Shown: positions 35,880-48,994 of the stretch, one piece after another
How positions within the stretch are numbered: position 1 is the first letter of the stretch
Layout of the letters: every line of letters starts with the position of its first letter
Source: the human T2T-CHM13v2.0 reference genome, Homo sapiens
NCBI RefSeq assembly: GCF_009914755.1
Contig: NC_060928.1
DNA: 64,000 bases
Reading direction: 5' to 3' (one strand)
Notes under the pieces: model-generated
Database searches by the model: none
Seen by the model: only the letters and a program-made list of their open reading frames with translations
What the model was told of the DNA's origin: nothing
Position numbers and translations under genes: made by a program

Positions 35880-36171
35880 TTTTTTTTTTTTTCAAATGGA
35901 GTCTGGCTTTGTTGCCCTGGCTAGACTGCAGTGGCGCCATAGGCTCACTGCAGGCTCTGCCTCCTGGTTTCAAGCGATTCTCCTGCCACAGCTTCCCGAG
36001 TAGCTGGGATTACAGGCATGCGCCACCTCGCCCGGCTAATTTTGTATTTTTAGTAGAGACAGGGTTTCAACATGTTGGCCAGGCTGGTCTCAAACTCCTG
36101 ACCTCAGGTGATCTGCCCACCTTAGCCTCCCAAAGTGCAGGGATTACAGGCCTGAGCCACCGCACCCAGCC
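35880..36171 (-). mobile_element. AluS
   Basis: Reverse dimer; partial TSD gcaaatctt. Confidence 0.94.
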
Positions 36172-36831
36172 AAGAGTGCAAATCTTGATATGCACTTTGT
36201 GAGTGGCACCATCATATACGTGATGGGTGAGATCTCCATTCTACAAAAGCCTACAAATGTGCATTGAATCAGTATTTGTCAAAGGGGCTAAGAAACACAA
36301 GGAAAGGGTAAATACATTTGTGCTTTCTTCTCTAGGTGTGAGCCAGCCCACAGTAAAGCTATAAAACAAGCTAGGCTTGTCGTTGGTGTTCCTCCTTTGC
36401 CTTCTAGTTCTTGACCAAGGTCCCAGGGTCCCAATGCCCTTGTGATCACCCCGATGCCAGCACCCCACCTAGATGGCCACCTCTACCAGAGTGCTTGAAA
36501 CATATTATTCCCTTCCTACAATCAAAACAGTACTCCCAATTGCAGCTGATCTCAATTAAGCTTTTAAATAAGAAAATAGATGAAAAAAACACAGAATAAT
36601 GCATAATAATAGATGAACACTTAACCCTCCCAGAGATTTTTGCATCTTTAAAAGAAGACTGCTCACTGGGGCAATGGAATCTCTAACTGATGAAATTCCA
36701 GATACCATTTAAAGGGAAAAAAAAACATTCAACATTTTTTGAAGATGAGAAAGATGTCTGCAAACTGAACAACACTCTGGAGCCCAACTCTCCCAAGCAG
36801 TTCCTGGACCTTTCCTCATTTCTGAACTGAG

Positions 36832-36880
36832 TTATTTTATTTTATTTTATTTCATTTCATTTCATTTCATTTTATTTATC
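36832..36880. repeat. (TTTTA)n/(TTTCA)n pentanucleotide microsatellite
   Basis: Read directly from the sequence. Confidence 0.85.
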
Positions 36881-38139
36881 ATTCTACATCTTTTCTTAGA
36901 ACCTTCTAGGGTAACAAAAATGAAGTTTCATACAGGAGGCCAGCAGACTGTTTTCAAGTTCTAAAGTTAAGTCTTTAATTCAGAAATGGAATCATTGTCA
37001 TTGACTCTTACGGTGGTCATTTTTCTACAGGAAAGCCTCAGTCTATCACCCTGCAACTTTCACATGGCCACTCCTCCACTGTTGAATCTTGGGCAATAGC
37101 TCACTCATGTCAAAACTCAGTTTCCTCATTTGAAAAGTGAAGGTTTTGGAAGAGCTGGAGTTTGGACCATTTTTCATAGTCCTTTTACTACTAACATTCT
37201 GTAAGTCAAAATTCATTCTTTAAGGCAATGTTTCTCAGAGGAGCACTGATAATCCCACCAGATTTGCTAAATTTCAAAAGGTAACAGGCATTTTCCTCAA
37301 GATTTGTTCTGGGAATATATAGAGACATTAAAATACCATTAGGCCCTCCATTCTAAAAATAGGGCCTAAGAAAAATGTCTACTGTGTTTCCAAATAGTTC
37401 TCTTAAGAGGTGTAACCAACTGAGACCCATAAGCTTTAAACTGCTGGACCAGGATATGTGAAATAGTGATGGGGTATTAATAACTAGCAACACTTTCCAA
37501 CAGTGAGCAAAATGTGTAGTCATTTTTTCTTACTTTGCATAAAATTCAACTGCCTAGGGAAGGTTGAAGCATTTTGCTTTTCATCACATGGAACAGCGTG
37601 GTGAGATAGGCCACACTATTTTGGAATATGTGTCTATATCCAAGCAACAAACAGATTGATGACTTTAAAACAGCTCTGCACAGGGAAGGAGACCACTTTA
37701 GCTATCTAAAAACTATTTTAGAAAGGGTGATTATTTTAAATTGATGTCTGAAGTGCATTTGGTGTTGTGCAAAAGTACCTAGTACATTTCAACTAAAGTT
37801 AAAGCAGAAAGCTTTTATACCTCCTCTATAATTATTTGTTCAAACATTTGATAGCTATATAAATAATACTACAATATAGTGATAGTGAAGTTTTTATGGT
37901 GTTCTCACTAGGAAGGCTGTTATAAAATTATTTATCTACCAAAACTTGTACAGTTTATCTATAAAAATGTTAGAGAATTTATCTTCAAATAATTTTGTTA
38001 TAGTATATATACAAATTAATATATAGATTTTATCTGCAAAAAACAAGTTCTGATAAGGACATAAAGTTTAAATTATGAAATAAGTCATAGCCACAAAGCA
38101 GGCTTATATGGTTAATGGATTTTTAAGTTTTATAAATCA

Positions 38140-38390
38140 TTTTTCTCTTAACTTTTGATTTTGAACTACTGTTAAACTTACAGAAAAGTTATAAAAATAG
38201 TACAGAAAATTTCCATATATCCTTCATCCAGACTCCACTAAGGTAAACATCTTACATAACTGTAGCATAATTATTAGAACCAGGACATTAGCATTGATAC
38301 AATATCTTTAACAAAACTAAGGACCCTATTTGAATTTTGCCAGGATCTCCATTTAGGATCCCACATTGCATTCAATTGTCACTTTTTACT
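38140..38390 (-). mobile_element. L1MC-type 3' UTR fragment
   Basis: aaacttacagaaaagtt...aatagtacaga...cattgatacaat. Confidence 0.7.
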
Positions 38391-38478
38391 TTTGGCAAAT
38401 AAACTAATCTTTAAATATTATTAGGAGAACTCAGAATTTAAAACTCTTTTTTCATGAGAAAAAAAAAAACAGAATCTT

Positions 38479-39024
38479 TGTGACAGGTGGACTTTAAGAT
38501 GGCCCGCAATGATCTCTGCTTCCTGGTATTCATGCCCTGTTTAATCCCCTCCTCTGGAGTGTAGGTTGCCTGAGTGATTTGCTCCCAACCAACAGAAGGT
38601 AATGGAATGTCAACTTCATCATTAGTCTACATAAGATTGTGACTTCTGCATTGCTAACAGACTCTCTCCCTTACTGGCTTTGATGAAGCAACTTGTCATA
38701 TTGAGGAGACCCACATGGCAAGGATCTGAAGGTTGCCACTGGCTAATAGACAGCTAGGAACTAAGACCCTCCAACCAAAGCCTTTAAGGAACTGAAGTTT
38801 TTCCAAGAATCACATGAGCTTGGAAGTTGATCCTTCCCAGGTCAAGCCTTCAGATAAGACCCCAACCCTGCCAACATCTTTAATTCACCTATGTGACAGA
38901 CCCTAAAGCAGAGGACCTGGCTGGGCCACTCCCAGATATCCGGCCCATAGCAACTGTATAATAATATATGTGTGTTGCTTTAAGCTGATAGGTTTATGGT
39001 AGTTTGCAATATATAACTAATACA
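38479..39024 (+). mobile_element. MLT1E/F MaLR solo LTR
   Basis: tgtg...taagatggccc...ttcctggtattcatgccc start; tttaagct...aactaataca end. Confidence 0.82.
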
Positions 39025-39744
39025 CTTTTCTTGACACATCACATTGTCAGAGGCATGCTACTGAGTTTGATGTTCTATTCATTGACAAGACTCACACAAT
39101 CATCTTTTTAAAAATACATTCCTAAGTTTGTCTTTGTTAGGCTGAGCTGTTCAGTGAAAAATGCTCACAAAATCATAGTCACAGGCACCTCCCAGAGCTG
39201 CAGAACTTACTTAGTCGTGAAGAGAATGTTAATGCTGGAAGGATCTTCCAAGATAATCTACTCCCATTTTCTCCTTTTGCATTATGAGGAAATTGAAGCC
39301 TAAACAGATTTTCATAGCCAAATACTGTGACTCCAGTCCAGTGCTCCCAAATATCTTGCCTATCTGACCTCCTTGCACAATCTATGAGCAACAGATAACA
39401 CAGGAACATAAATCAACAGATGACAACACTACTGGAAAACCCAAATAACAATAGATGGCTTGTTCTCCCTATGATAAGCGAACAGCATTGGTTTCCTATG
39501 TCAGCATCTTCTGCGACCTCAAGAGACCATATAAGAGGTTAGGCTTAGCGGGGTATGAGAAGCAGAAAAGAGGCTTCTTTGGTTTCTACTCCACTAAACG
39601 TGGGGATGGACAGCGGTGCAAGGGAATTTTTACATGTGTCATTGTCTCCCATCAGAAGATAAATAATGGAAGCATTTGTGGTATTTTTTGGTCACATTGG
39701 TCTGACTCTAAAATCCAGGACTGTGTCTTTCTTTTTCTTCATTT

Positions 39745-40230
39745 GTAATAGTCATGATCCTACCAGGAAAGAGGTGAGCCACTAAAGCAGGTTCACTGCA
39801 GAATGTTTAATGAAGGGCTCTGATCGCCTACAGAAGGAAAAGGTACAGGCAGGGTTTAGATAAACCAACAAGGCATAGTACAGTAGGCTGCTGCAGGGAG
39901 CTGTTAGCACCCTAGGTTTAAGAGACAAGGGGAAAAAGAATTTTCTGGAACTTGGAGAGAGTTGTATGGGGAAGGCTGCTTGATAGGGGTCGTGGCCTCT
40001 TACAGTGAGTGGGTTGCAGTCAACCCATGTAACCTGGCAGAAAGGAAACCAGGGGATCACTACCCAAACTGTCTATTCTCCCACACTATGATCTCATGCT
40101 GGTGGCTTCCATTGGCTGAACCCAACAGGAAGCTAGAAAGTAGCCACTGTTGAAGCGGCCTCCCCTGGGAAGAGTTAGGATGGAGGAGAGTGGAAAGTAG
40201 ATATGGAGAAGTAAATGAGAAACAGCCAGC
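39745..40230 (-). mobile_element. LTR33-like ERVL LTR relic
   Basis: tttaatgaagggct and ccattggctgaacccaacaggaagc motifs. Confidence 0.5.
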
Positions 40231-40549
40231 ACAAAGCTGCATGCCTTGCACCTAGTGAAAGTTCAGCAAATACTTGTCAAGGGATGAAACACAGTGATGT
40301 GTGAGCAGACGGTTAAACTATGATTAGCTTGACATCTGGTGGGACTGTTTACACCACAAGAATCAGCAAATTATGCAAATAATGGTTTTGTTGTTGGTTT
40401 GTTTTTTCTTCCTCAGGGATCCAATTTACCAGCACACCACTGAATAAAAGTCTAAATCATGTCATCTACTACAGAAGGAAAGCTGTTTTCATTTCCACTC
40501 AAAAGAAAATTACAGCCATGAACTTCTTGAATCCACATAAGAAATGATC

Positions 40550-41745
40550 TCAATATTAACTCCTTCTCCACCACTTCTACCACTCCTCCTTCACATACAT
40601 TATTTTTTCGGGGAGTATAGCTCAGGGGTAGAGCATTTGACTGCATATACATTATGTTTTTGGTGGTAATACCATCTACCTAAGTCTCCAAGTCCAAAAG
40701 CCTTTGCCTTCCAGTCAACTTAGACATTCATATGCAAATAATCACTAAATACTGCCAATATTACTTCCTAAAAATCCGTCAAATCCATTTTCCCTTCTCT
40801 CCCATTTTATTTTCTAGAAAAATTAAGCCAGCTGTACTCTCTCTAATATATGGTAGATCTGGCTGTTACTTCATCTGAATTGCCTTTTTACCCCACCTTG
40901 TTTACATGGCAAATTTTTCTTCTTCCTCCAAAATTAATTTCAGCAGTTACCTCCTCCCTGCTAGTAGCCTTCCCTAATAATGCCAGATAAAATGAATTCC
41001 TCCCCTTTCTCTGTGTTACCTCCATGCCTTGTAAACTGATCACATTTTACAGCAATTTAATTGTGTTTATGTCTGGTCCTCTATTACGCTAAGTCCCTTG
41101 AAGACAGTAGTATGTTTTATTCATTTGCGTAACCCAGCATCTAGCAGTGTGCCTGGCACATTATAGGCACCAATAAGTGTTTGCTAAAGGAATAAATTGA
41201 TAATTTTCCAGGTATCTTTGTTGAATAAACTGATGCCAGGAGCTGAGATAGAGCTAGTTCCTAGTAAGACCCTCTATTCCTCCCTTACGTCAGGCCCCCC
41301 CACCCACACTCCCAACCTTGGCAACAGTAACTGCTTGCAGGACTGATCCCATCATGACCTCTTTTCCCACTTCAATCAATTATGACAGGATGCTCAGTAT
41401 ATCCGGCTCTCCCTCACCTCCCGGACTTCCAGATCCTCATGGATCAAATGTAAGCTTCGCAGTGAGTTTTCCTGAACAACACTGCCTAAAATTGCACCTC
41501 TTTTCACCATACTCCCACCCTCCCAAAGCTCTCCATTCCCCTGCTTTGCTATTTTCATTGCACTTATCACTATCCGCTAAACGAGTATTTATTATCTGTC
41601 TATTTATTTGCTTACTGCCTATCTCTCACCGGCATAACATAAGCTCTGTGAAGCCAGGGATATTTGTTTATTTCATCTGCAGCTCTATCCCTCCTGTGCA
41701 CAGTCAGCACTCCATAATTATCTGTTGAATAAGTAAATGAATCAC
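40550..41745 (+). mobile_element. Cluster of L2 fragments with two 3' ends
   Basis: ccagcatctagcagtgtgcctggcaca...aataagtgtttg and tgttgaataagtaaatgaat. Confidence 0.65.
40611..40645 (+). pseudogene. 5' half of tRNA-Cys(GCA), tailless retropseudogene
   Basis: gggagtatagctcaggggtagagcatttgactgca matches the tRNA-Cys 5' half and ends at the anticodon. Flanked by atacattat(t/g)tttt direct repeats. No 3' half, B box or poly(A). Confidence 0.9.
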
Positions 41746-42340
41746 ACGCAGAGGTGACTCCTGCCTGAGATAAAGCTGTCAGTAGCAAAGTTGGGAGGAG
41801 AACCTAACTCCCAACTTAATTGGGAATACAAAAGCTCACACTACCCTGCCCAAGAGGTGCCCTCCACTTCAGGTCAGCAGGTTCTACATGCACTATTCAA
41901 CATTTAAGTAATGCCCACGTAAGAGTTAAATGTCAGTAAAACTGTCATAAATGAAAAGCCTACAGACTGAGGGTCTTGTTTGCTATGCCAATAGCAGTGT
42001 GTCCCTCTTAAAATACAGAAACTTAGAAAATACTAACAGATAAACACAGTTTGAATTAAGATGGGCATAAATAATGTAAAAATGACACAGCCACTCTGAA
42101 AGAGAATATAAAAGTCCATACTCTTTTAACCAACACATTCCTGATTCTCATTAATATTTGGCATACTTACCAGGGCCCAGGGGATGAGAGATTAACAGAT
42201 CACAAAAGAAATGTGCAATTGTTGAATTATTTTGCAGTTGTTTTGATTTTTACACATTATAAAAGGATGCCATGAATACGGATATTCAAATGAATTGAAT
42301 CACAAGTATTATTTATACATTCTAGTCAGAGCCACATAAT

Positions 42341-43345
42341 TATCGGGGGAACCAGCCCCCAATATTTCAATGTAGGTTCTTTCTATTTTCCCTAAGAGTT
42401 GGCCAGTCTAAGAAATAAAGAGAGTACAAAGAGAGGAATTTTACTGTTGGGCCTCCAGGGGTGACATCACATATTGGTAGATCCGTGATGTCCCCTTGAG
42501 CCGCAAAACCAGCAGGTTTTTATTAAGGACTTTAAAAGGGGTGGGGGTGTACGAACAAGGAATAGGTCACAAAGATCACATGCTTTAAAGGGCAATAAAG
42601 ATCACAAGGCAAAGGGCAAAGCAAAGATCACAAGGTAAAGGGCAAAATTAGAATTACTGATGAGGGTCTGTTTTCAGCTGTGCACATATTGTCTTGTTAA
42701 ACATCTTAAGCAACAGAAAACAGGGTTCGAGAGCAGAGAACTAGTCTGACCTCAACTTTACCAGGACGCGATCTTTTCCAGACCTTAATAAGCCTGAGGG
42801 TACTGCAGGAGACCAGGGCGTATTTCAGTCCTTATCTCAACCGCATCAGACAGACAACCCCAGAGTGGCCGTTTATAGACCTCCCCCCAGGAATGCACTC
42901 CTTCCCCAGAGTATTAATTATTAATATTCCTTGCTGGGAAAAGAATTCAGTGATATCTTTCCTACTTGCACATCCGTTTATAGGCTCTCTGCAAGAAGAA
43001 AAATATGGCTGTATTCTGCCCGACCCCGCAGGCAGTCAGACCTTATGGTTATCTTCCCTTGTTCCCTGAAAATCGCTGTTACTCTGTTTTTTTTCAAGGT
43101 GCACTGATTTCATATTGTTCAAACACACGTTTTACAATCAATTTGTACAATAGTGGTCCTGAGGTGATGTACATTCTCAGTTTAAGAAGATAACAGGATT
43201 AAGAGATTAAAGTAAAAACAGGCATAAGAAATTATAAGAGTATTATTTGGGAACTGATAAATGTCCATGAAATCTTCACAATTTATGTTTCTCTGCCACG
43301 GCTCCAGCTGGTCCCTCCATTCAGGGTCCCTCACTTTCCTCAACA
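42341..43345 (-). mobile_element. MER11 solo LTR (HERV-K11/HML-8), complete
   Basis: Reverse complement begins tgttgaggaaagtgagggaccctgaatggagggacc and ends ggctggttcccccgata; perfect 6-bp TSD cataat. Confidence 0.92.
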
Positions 43346-44449
43346 CATAATACCGATGAATTATTGAGGAGAAAAGTACTGCACAGAGCTTGATGAAATG
43401 TGTGTGCTTGTGACACTGTCAGTAACATGACAAGGCATTTTTAGAAATATTTGATCTGTCATGGCCTGATTCTCTAGCTTTACATCTTTGTAAAATGAAA
43501 GTAATTGGAATTATATGACAGTATCTTACCTATGCTTTGAGCTATTTTGGCTCATAAAATGAAACCTCATCTATCACTTCATATTTTATGCATAATGCCA
43601 AAAAAGCAACTAAGTCACCAGTGTTGCCTGATGTTGAAAAGGGAACTTTGCTACAACCAGCTGCCTAAACAGCCAGGTTGCCAGAACTCATGTGGCTGAC
43701 TGCTGTTTCCAGGTTAGCAGATAAATTCAGGAAAGTAAGCAGCAAATGACTTCAGAATATTTCTTTGGTAACAGCAACAGTGCTCATCTTTTTTGTTTGA
43801 CTACTGATCTATATATATTTTAAAAAATTATAAATATGAAAGTATTTAATTCCTTAATGTTTCCATTTATTCCCAAATGAGATACAATTTGGGACATATG
43901 TAACTTAACACCTAGAGCCTGAAATTCTATTTTCTACCATGAACTGTTTAAGCAAAGACCAATCCATCCAATACACAGAGGGGTCCAAGCAGATGACCTG
44001 GCTCCTCCCCAGGGTGATACTCTTTAAATATTTGTTTAATATTTATTTAGCTGAGAAACTGAGATTTGCACTGAAGAGAAACAGGACTTCAGGTAGCAGG
44101 GACCCAATTTGCAAACTCAACTTAGTAAACCAGAAGTCCTGCAGTTAACTCAGCCCATTCTTTCTGAAGGCAGTTAGGTGGCCAGTTGTTGCTACTGGAT
44201 ATGATCCATCATATGTCAACACAATGCCCCCCAAAACCTTCAAGTAGATTCTCTGATTAGTATTCCAAAGCAAACATAAAAGAGTTTTTGAGAAAACCTA
44301 TGCTAAATTTAATTTTCTTCATCTTGTTTCATGAGTTTTTGGAGCTCCTTATTCATCAGTGCCATGGGCCACTGTAAACGGACCTGCCTCTCAACCCAGT
44401 GAAAAACCAAGTAACCTTAGGATGCTGGATTCCTTACCCTAGTGTCTCC

Positions 44450-44770
44450 AGTAAGTTCTCATCAGTCAGTTTAAATACCTCCAGTAATAGCAAACTCACC
44501 ATTTCCTGAGACAACAATTCTATATTTACACAAGTTTATTATCCATAAAATTCTTCCTTTAGCTAAGTAGGAATTTACTTCTCAATGACTTTCAATTACT
44601 AGTTCTATTAATATGTTTGCCCTGTGGAAGAACACAGAAAAAGTATGCTCCCCCTTCCATCTCATGGCCCAGAAACATCTAAGAACGGCCATGGTATGCC
44701 CTCAAAGTTTCACACCCCCAGTTCCCTCAAGTATTCTTCACATGAACAGATTCTCAATCGCTATTCTCAT
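44450..44770 (-). mobile_element. CR1/L3 relic
   Basis: tttaaatacctccagt...ctcacca...aaattcttcctt...ccccagttccctca. Confidence 0.65.
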
Positions 44771-45259
44771 CAGTATCCTCTACATATTTTATTGTTGTTT
44801 TCTTTCTGTTCTTTATATAAACTTTAATGCTAAAATTTTCAATTAGAAAGTCTTTTTAACTGAGTGCATATGAGTTAATATTAAGAAGAAGCACAGAGCT
44901 GCTAAGCCAGTCTTCAGGCACAATCTAGTAATTCCTCATCCATTAGGTCCAGGATTTTAACAGTGATGGAGAAGTGAGAGTTAATTTAGTATCTGTTAGC
45001 TGGTTATTCTGCCAACCAGATCATCAGTGTTGCCTGATTTTAAAAAGGGAAGCTCAGGAGCTTCAGAAGGAAGCTAAATTATCTCTGGAAATATTATCCA
45101 AGTCGCCTTAAAGTTTCAATTCCCTTAATATACACACAAAATTTGATTTATGCAAAAATTTTAGGAACATATAAATTATACAAAAAGTGTAGTACAACTA
45201 TAGTCAACATATTTTGAACTCTCATTAACCTAGACATTTAGGAGGGTTCCCTGATTGAA

Positions 45260-45650
45260 GAGTTCATTTATTCCTTTACTCAGCTATTTAATGAGCACCT
45301 GCTATGTGTTGGGCAGTGTTCTGAACAATGGGTATACAATGATGTACAAAGTCAACAAGTTCTCTGCCACTGTGGAGCTTGTAAAGTAAGAGAGGCAATA
45401 AACAGACAGGCAAAAGGGGTTATAACTGTGCCATGGTGAAAGATAACAGGCCCTATTGAGGGTGATCAGAGATTTGTCTGCAGAGATGTCTTCTGAGAAG
45501 AGGGCTTAGTGTGAGGAGAAAGATACTACCAGGTAAAAGGAACATTATACACAAAGGAAGCTAGAAAGAGATTGGCATTTTTGAGAGGTAGAAAGGAAGG
45601 TCAGTGCAACTGGAGCCAGGTCAACAACACTAGAGAAGCAAAAAGGGCTT
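45260..45650 (-). mobile_element. L2 3' portion
   Basis: ttcatttattc...tatttaatgagcacctgctatgtg. Confidence 0.7.
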
Positions 45651-46630
45651 CAGAAACTATGGTAGGGACTTACAACTGGCTATGGGCAGAGCTATGCTTT
45701 GAATCAAATGTAATCTGCCCCCAAACTTTCAAGCGCATTCTCTGCAGTTGCCAGATGAAATTCTTTAATCTTCAGTGAACACACATAATATAAAATTTGG
45801 GTAACAGTATGGTGTTTTTCAAGAAGCTCATTTGAGGAAACTCATTTGGTTCTCACTGCAAACCTACAAGGATTAAGTACACTAAAGAAAACTGTAGTAT
45901 ACTATGGAAAATTGAGTACATGACAGAAAACATGTAGTTTCCATGCTTCAGGTGTAATTTTTAATCTTAGTCATGTGGCTAAGTAATTTTTTTTATAAAA
46001 TTGCTCTAGATATTAAGAATAGTTGTTTAGGACCTAATGGCAAATCAATATGTCAGAGGGAAAAACAAATAACCAACACATCAAATTCTTAAAGTTAAAA
46101 TCTCACTTCAGGAGCATGGAATATCTCTGCAATGTACTGGAACATATAAGCAAGCTGGAGATAATCTGCTGGGTCTCCTCCATTTCAATTAGCCTGTTTT
46201 GCAGTACATGATGTGTACATTTATTAAAAGCAGACACAGTCTAAAAGAGAAACTGTGAAAGCTCATTGTTATAACATATGATATAGTTGATCAGGATCTG
46301 AGGTCTCAAAGGAATCAAGTTAAAAACTATAACATTTACACATACCATTATAATATTTTTAAATTAAGTTTTAAATAGTATTATGTAGGTATTGTCTCTA
46401 GGATGAAATACAAGCAAATCTTCATTATTTGGTTAGCAGGGGAAATTAGTATGATGAATGATCCAAAATAATGAAATATAAAAGAAAAATATATTTGACT
46501 TTAGAATTTTTTTTTATAATACATTTTACTTCTCTGAACTCACTTTGCTTATTAAATTTAGCTTGCAGATCCCACACATACACTAAGTGACAGCAAGAAG
46601 CATTGGTCTGAAAGTGCAATTATAAAATTA

Positions 46631-46942
<312 letters not shown>

Positions 46943-47190
46943 AATAATAAATGCCACAATAAAAAATAAAATAAGGCCCCAAAGGATACTTGAAAACTAA
47001 TATAATAATGGATATCATTATCCATGAAAATAGAAGTAAAAAATTACCATATTAGCACACTTATCAGGTCAGGGGAAAAGGAAATTGTACCTAAAAGTGC
47101 CCTGAAAACTGTAAGCAGCTTAACTAAAAATTTACAGCTAACATTCAAGTAGAGATTGAATTATAATCAGGAGAATGATTGAAATGAGTT

Positions 47191-47266
47191 TACACATATA
47201 TATACATATATATATGTATATATATATATATATATATGTATATACACAAATATACACATATATATA
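47191..47266. repeat. (TA)n-rich microsatellite at the Alu tail
   Basis: Read directly from the sequence. Confidence 0.9.
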
Positions 47267-47550
47267 TTTGAGACAGAGTCTCACTCCATCGTCCAGGCTG
47301 AAGTGCAGTGGCACGATCTCAGCTCACTGAAAGCTCCACCTCCCGGATTCATGCCATCCTCCTGCCTCAGCCTCCCGAGTAGCTGGGACTACAGGCGCCT
47401 GCCACTATGCCTGGCTAATTTTTTTGTATTTTTAGTAGAGACGGGGTTTCACCATGTTAGCCAGAATGGTCTCAATCTCCTGACCTCGTGATCTGCTCGC
47501 CTGGCCTCCCAAAGTGCTGGGATTACAGGTGTGAGCCACCACGCCCAGCC
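47266..47550 (-). mobile_element. AluY-like
   Basis: Reverse dimer with ttagccagaatggtctcaatctcctgacctcgtgatc. Confidence 0.93.
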
Positions 47551-47927
47551 TGAAAAATATATTTTAAAAACCCAATCCTGCTTACAATAGCTACAAAAAA
47601 CACTTTGGAATAAACAAGGAAGTGAAAGATCTCTACACAAATAACTATAAACATTGAAAAAAATTGAAGAAGGCACAAATAAGTGGAAAGAAATGGATGT
47701 TCATGGTTGGAAGAATTCATATTTTCAATGTGTCCGTACTACCCAAAGTGATCTAGAGTCAATGCAATTCCTATCAAAATACCAATGACATTTTTCACAG
47801 AAACAGAAAAAATAATCCCCAAGTTTGCATGGAAACACAAAAGACAAAACAGCCAAACCAAGCCTATTAAAAAAACAAAGCTGGAGGCATCACACTACCT
47901 AACTTCAAAATATACTACAAAGCATAA

Positions 47928-48302
47928 TGATATGGTTTAGCTGTGTCCCCACCCAAATCTCATCTTAAATTGTAGTTTCCATAATCCTCATTTGTCATAG
48001 GAAGTACTCAGTGGAAGGTAATTGAATCATAGGGGCAGTTACCCCCATGTTGCTGTTCTTGTGATAGTGAGTGAGTTCTCATGAGATCTGATGGTTTTAT
48101 AAGGGGCTTTCCCCATTTTGCTCCGCACTTCTCCTTCCTGCCATCATGTGAAGAAGGATGTGTTTGCTTCCCTTTCCACCATTATAAGTTTCCTGAGGTC
48201 TTCCCAGCCATGCAGAACTGTGAGTCAATTAAATCTCCTTCGTTTGTAAATTACCCAGTCTCATGCAGTCCTTTATAGCAGTGTGAGACTGGAATAATAA
48301 CA
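47928..48302 (+). mobile_element. THE1D-like MaLR solo LTR
   Basis: tgatatggtttagctgtgtccccacccaaatctcatc...ctttatagcagtgtgaga; TSD cataa/catag. Confidence 0.9.
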
Positions 48303-48994
48303 CATAGTAACTGAAACAGTATGGTATTGGTATAAAAACAGTCACATAGACCAATGGAATGGAACCAAGATCCAATAAATAAATCCATGCCTTTACAGTA
48401 AACTGGTTTTTGACAAGGTGCCAAGAACACACAATGGAGAAAAGACAGTCATTTCATGCAATGGAGAAAAGACACTCAATAAATGGCATTAGGGAAACTG
48501 CCTATCAACATGCAGAAGAATGAAATTAGACTCTTATCGCATAGGATATGCAAAAATGAACTCAAAATGGGTTAAAGACTTAAATGTAAGGGCCCAAACT
48601 ATGAAACTACTAAAAGAAAACATAGGGGGAACCTATAGCCTGGTTAATGATTTTTGGGAAATGATCCCAAAAGCTCAAACATCAAAAGCAAAAGTAGACA
48701 AATGAGATTTCATCAAACTAAAAGCTTCTGCACAGCAAAGGAAATAACAGAGTGAAGAGACAACCTATGGAATGGGAGAAAATATTTGCAAGCTATACAT
48801 CTAATAAAGGGTTAATATCCAAAATACATAAGGAACTCAAACACCTCAGTAGCAAGAAAACAAATCACCTGATGACAAAATGATCAAAAAAACCTGAATA
48901 GACATTTCTCAAAAGAAGACATATAAATGGCCAACAGGTATATGAAAAAATGTTAAACATCACTAATTATCAGGGCAATGCAAATCAAAACCTC

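Noticed and set aside
40611-40645. Functional tRNA-Cys gene
   Set aside because: No 3' half, T arm or B box, so it cannot fold into a cloverleaf.
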